Program-made: the position numbers and the translations under genes | Source: Malacoraja senta | Lineage: Eukaryota | Assembly (NCBI GenBank): GCA_038087875.1 | Contig: CM075978.1 | Location: forward strand, 180,296,001-180,360,000 | DNA length: 64,000 nucleotides | Reading direction: 5' to 3' | Notes under the pieces: generated by a model | Told to the model about the DNA's origin: nothing | Seen by the model: the letters and a program-made list of their open reading frames with translations, nothing else | Databases searched by the model: none | Part shown: piece after piece, positions 59,100-64,000 of the stretch | How the letters are laid out: each line of letters starts with the position of its first letter | Position numbering within the stretch: the first letter of the stretch is position 1

Positions 59100-60780
59100 G
59101 AGGGTCAATAGAGGAACATCACCTGCCCTTTAGTCTGGGAGGCACCTATATCAATGATCACTGTGGCAGTTGCAAGATCGGCCTTCCTGAGAGGGAATCT
59201 GTGGAATCCTACAATACATGAAACATGAAATTAGTGACAAGTTGAAAGTCCAGGATTGGGGATGTGCAAAGATTGGGGAGGGGTCAGTCTACCCAATGAC
59301 AGGAGGAGGAATTGTACTGTTTGATAGCCACAGGGGAAAAAGGATCTCATGTGGCGTTCTGTGCTGCACTTTGGTGGAACCAGTCTGTTGCTGAAGGTGC
59401 CCCTCAGGGTTGATCAGTGTGTCATGGAGGGGGTGAGCAGTATTGCCCAAGATGCTCTGCAGTTTGAGGAGTATCATCACCTCCAACACCATCTCCAGTG
59501 AATCCAACTTCACCCCCAGGACGGAGCCAGTCTTTCTGATGAGCTTGTTAATTCTGTTGGCGTCTGTGGCCGTCGCCTATTTTATAATGATTACTATTAT
59601 CCTAGTGCCAAAGAAAACTAAGAAAACTAACCATTGTCCAGTGGCTCTAACATCCACTATCATGAAAGTGTGTGGAGAGACTGGTAATGGTGCAAATTAA
59701 CACCAGCCTCCCAGACACTTGATCCACTGCAGTTTGCCTCTCGTCACAATAGGTCCCAGCGGATGCCATCTCACGAGCCAAGCCTCGCCTTTGGAACACC
59801 TACACAACAAGGACACCAATAATCTCATCCAAAATCATCTCCAAATTCCTGGACATTGGAGCCCGCACTGCCATCTGCCATTGGTTCCTCAAGAATCTGA
59901 TCCATAGACCACATTCAGTGAGGATAGGGGACAACACATCGTCCAATATAATTACCAATACCAGTACCCTGCAAGGATGCGTTTTCAGTCCCTTATGATA
60001 TTCCCTGGACACTCGCAACTGTGCGGACAAATTAAACTCTAACTGCATCTACAAGTGTGCAGACGATACATCTGGGATGGACTGGATGACGAACAACGAC
60101 AAGGCTGAGTCCAGAAAATAATGGAGAACCTAGTAACATAATGTCGGGTTAGTGATCTCTCCCTTAATGTTAGCAAGATGAAGGAGCTAGTTATCTACTT
60201 CAAGAAGAGTGGTGGAGTAAGTACATGCCCCAATTAGCATCAATGCTACTGCAGTGGAAATGGTTGAGAACTTTAAATTCCCTGGTGTAAATATTACCAA
60301 TAATCTATTGTAGACCAACCGCATTGAAGCCACAGCCAAGAAGGCACACTGACATTTCTACTTCCTCAGGTCACTGAAGGAAATGCGGCATGTCTCCAAT
60401 GACTCTTACAACCTTTCACTATTGCCCCATAGAAAGCATGTTTTTTGTATTGTATTCAATTTATTGTCATTATCTCATAAGAGACAACTAAATGGATTTT
60501 CCTTAGTCATGTATCATAAAAATAAATAATAAATCAATAAAAAATCAATGTTGTTGGGTTGCATCACAGCTTTATTTGGTAACAGCTCTGCCCCAGATCA
60601 CAAGAAATTGCAGATTTGTGGATGTAGCCTAGTTCATCATGCAGAGTATCTCCACCAGATACTTCCTGGTGCTTCGGAAAAGCAGCCAACATTATCAAAG
60701 ACCTTCCCACCTCTGTCAAGTCGAGAAGATACAGAAGCTTGAAAGCGCGCACCAGCAAATTCCCCTCTGAATTATTCTTC
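59100..60780. mobile_element. Degraded Rex1/Babar-like LINE pieces in both orientations (about 59100-59570 on -, about 59600-60780 on +)
   Basis: Remnants of CPVALTSTIMK, LDPLQFA, QGCVxSP and CADD, plus similarity to 38173-38535. Confidence 0.65.
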
Positions 60781-61219
60781 CATAAGATAGGGTACAGTCA
60801 GATTTTCCTACCTCAGATACACACAAAAAGCTGGAGTAACTCAGAGGAACAGGCAGCATCACTGGAGAGAAGGAATGGATGACGTTTCGGGTCGAGACCC
60901 TTTCTTCAGAAACGTAGCAGGCCAGGCAGCATTTGTGTAATTAGAAACAGTTAACATTTTCAGGTCAAAGATGCTTTGTCAGAACTCAAATGGAGCAAAA
61001 TTTAGTTAGTTTAGAATTACAGAGAAGGCAATGGAAGCAATGGAGAAATAAAATACATATATTTAATCGAGTTGCTCAGTGGGTAAATAGTAATGGCAAC
61101 AGATATTGATAATGTAGACAACATCTTGCAAAATATAGGACATGCCTGGGCTGTGCTAAGAGGGATTAAAAAGCTGAATCAATTCCCAGATGGATGGCTT
61201 GCAGCAGAAGTCTCTTACT

Positions 61220-63900
61220 CGGATTGTAAACTATGTCTTCCCCTTTTCCCCCTTCCACCCATATCCCACTTTCCAGCTTTACATTTCACTCTTCTACTTT
61301 CCTTATCTGATGCCTTTGTCTCCTTCTCAAGCCTAGCCTTTGTCACTTGCCAATGAAACACCCGCACACACCACTGGGCACCTTTATCCACATTACTTGC
61401 CAGGCTTTGTTGAACCCCCACCTTTCTTTTCCAGCTTTCTTCCCCCTACTCCAGTCAGTCTGAAATGTTCCGACCCAAAATGTTGTTTGACCATTGCTTC
61501 AACAGATCCTTCCTGACCTGTGGGTTTCTTCCAGTACTTTGTTGGTATTATTTGCTCAAGATCCTGGGTTTAGTTTCTCACCAATGCTGAATTACCTGAT
61601 TTTACTCAGATTGGTAGGAAACTAGGCAGACTTCAATTCCTTAGGGTTTTTTTTAAATCTCTTCCTTTTACCCACCACTTCCAATTTGAGTTTTGCAAGA
61701 AGAATGGGTAATTTGGATGAGATACAAGAGGGTGCATTGTCTGGAGAGAGTTACAACTATTTTTAGTTCCATTGAGACCTGTCAACAACAAAAAACAAAA
61801 ACAAAAAAACAAAAATCTTATGAAGTTTGTTTTGATTATCTGTACACTTGGGAGTATTTCACACAAAATAAACTGAGGTGGCATTTACTGCACGGTGCAT
61901 AATTGAATTTTTTTAATAGTCACATGTCTGATTTATTTTGCATAGCACTGCAATCCCTGAGCTATGCCCCACGTACACTGAGGCCAACTGAAAAGCATTT
62001 GGAAAGTTTGTAGGGGTCACTGTTGATCTTAAAAGAGGCAAATTAATTATTTTTAGTATATGAGCTTGAGTTTTAAGCTGCTTGTCATGTTGATATTCTG
62101 TCAATTTGCCCACGGCAATCCATTGAGAATACCAAAAGACTATTCCCAAAGTTTATATCCAATTGATGTACCGTGTGGCTAAACACTGTTCTAGTTGCAG
62201 TGCTGAAGAAAGCAATTATTAGTTTGGGCCTGAAGTGGGTTACTACTTTTTGATAATTGCTCCTGACCTTGAGAAGCTTCTGATGATAATTGTCTAAATA
62301 CAACAGGTTTAGCTGTCTCTGCAGCTGATCAAGTCACAGGTTTTATCTTGTGACCATTCTGTTCTTGGCTTGGAATTTCAAGTACTGATGGTTTGCCGGT
62401 TTGGTTACACTTGGTCCGCCAAAGCCTACTGAATCTCCTGGTTGCTGACCATTTTAAATCCCCTTCTTATTCCCATACTGACCTTTCTGTTCTGAGCCGC
62501 CTCCATTGTCAGAGTGAGGCCACACACAAAACTGGGGAACAACACCTCGAATTCTGCTTCGGTAGCTTACAACCCAACGGTATGAAAGTTGAATTCTCCA
62601 ATTTTAGGTAATCTCTAACCTAGTTTTCAGACTGATCCACCAATACCTTTTTGCACAATATTCCAGCATCCCCAGTGTCCTGTAATTTTAATGTTATAGG
62701 TTCATATTGACAGCTTTTGGCACACAGCACCGTTCCTGACGTACCTCAACATTGAACTAGGGTTTTCCTTTTGTTCTGATTAGTTGTGTCAGAATCGGGC
62801 ATATAGTGGTTTATGAAGTTACACTGTGTAATTCTGTTGCCGTTCATGGCCGATGGTGGATCCCAGCTGTTATCTTCCCATTCCAATTCTGACCTTTCAG
62901 TTCTGGTCCTCCATTGCCAGAATTGGACCTCGAGCAAACTGGAGGAGCAGCCCCTGTATTCCGCTTGGGTAGCTTATAACCTAACTGTGTGAACATTGAA
63001 TTCTCCAATTTTAGGTAGCTAACCTCCAAACAAACCGCCCCCTCTCAACCACTAACTCTCCCCATTGCTTTTCTGTACCTACTTGGACTTTTACCCAGTT
63101 CCCCCCATCCTCCTCCCCTTCCACCTATATTCCTTCGTCTGGGTTCACAATTTGCACTTCTAATCTCGCACCTGCTATCTTTTCATCTGTCTTTTGTCCA
63201 ACCATCTGCCTATCAAACCTGCCCCCCACCCCACCCCACCTTTATCCACATACCACTTGCCAGGTTTTGTCTTGCCCCTCCGCTCTTCCAGCTTTCCTTT
63301 CTTCCCCACCACAATCACTTTGAAGAAGGGCCCAGACCCAAATGGTTCATGTTATCCAGGCATGCTGACTGACAAGCGAATTACCAGCACTTTGAAAATA
63401 CTGGCAGCTAGAAAACGATCACTTTAAGTATTTATTAATTGCAATATGTCAAGGCTGGAAATAGGCACAAAATGCTGGAGTAACTCAGCGGGACAGACAG
63501 CATATCTGGAGAGAAGGAATGGGTGACGTTTCAGGTCAAGACCTTCAGACTGAAAGTCACGGGGTGTAGACGATAATGTAGAGAGACATGGAACAAATGT
63601 ATGAAAAATGTGCAAAAAAGTAACAATGATAAAGGAAACGGGCCTTTATTGTTAGCTGTTTGCAAGATGAGAAAACGTGGTTGGAGAGCATGAGGAATCA
63701 CAGAGGAGGAGCAGCGAGAGAGGATGTTGCTGAACTCTCGTTGGAGAGAGGAGAACTTCTTCAAAGTAGACATACCTTGAGATTTAGCAGTGGAGCAGAT
63801 AAGATGTGTAAGAAGGAACAGCAGATGCTGTTTTAAACCGAAGATTGACACAATGCTGGAGTTACTCGAGCAGCATCTCTCGAGTACAGGAAATGACTAG
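61220..63900. mobile_element. Multiple Penelope-derived 3' fragments (about 61220-61550, 62340-62610 and 62860-63400 on +; 63460-63900 on -)
   Basis: Repeated ttgaattctccaattttaggta end-of-ORF sequence and degenerate CTGAAGAAGGG...CGAAAC cores. Confidence 0.6.
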
Positions 63901-64000
63901 AGCTATCTTAAAGATTTCATGTCTTACTGTTTTGTTTACCTTCATCACTTCTACAGTGAATAAGGTTTGTAAATCATAAATGTAACACTTACATTTCTGT

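Overview
Vertebrate genomic DNA, most likely a cartilaginous fish of the skate/ray group. This is inferred from the repeat complement (HE1/V-SINE, abundant CR1 and Penelope-derived hairpin repeats) and was not confirmed by any search. Three host genes were reconstructed by hand from splice signals. (1) A + strand, non-rearranging antigen-receptor-like gene (487-20418): leader, V exon with a built-in J-like motif, C1 exon, transmembrane exon, and a tail carrying two tyrosine motifs (TTYAAL, PVYADI). It is SIRP-like / VJ-C1-like and is the best candidate for an undescribed system here. (2) A complete 7-exon NUDT21 (CFIm25) on the - strand (22895-36487, 226 aa). (3) The first coding exon of AMFR/gp78 on the + strand (54409-54801). 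Most of the rest is transposable-element DNA: a near-intact Penelope element ending in a minimal hammerhead-ribozyme motif, two LTR-bounded Gypsy elements, a three-layer Gypsy/Gypsy/L1 nest whose innermost 6.3-kb L1 has both ORFs intact, a head-to-tail array of a Helentron/HINE-like element, a Vingi/Ingi-like LINE with an 11-bp TSD, a THAP-encoding fold-back element, and many CR1, Rex1, L2 and SINE fragments. Gene models are predictions without transcript evidence, and TE family names come from motif recognition.
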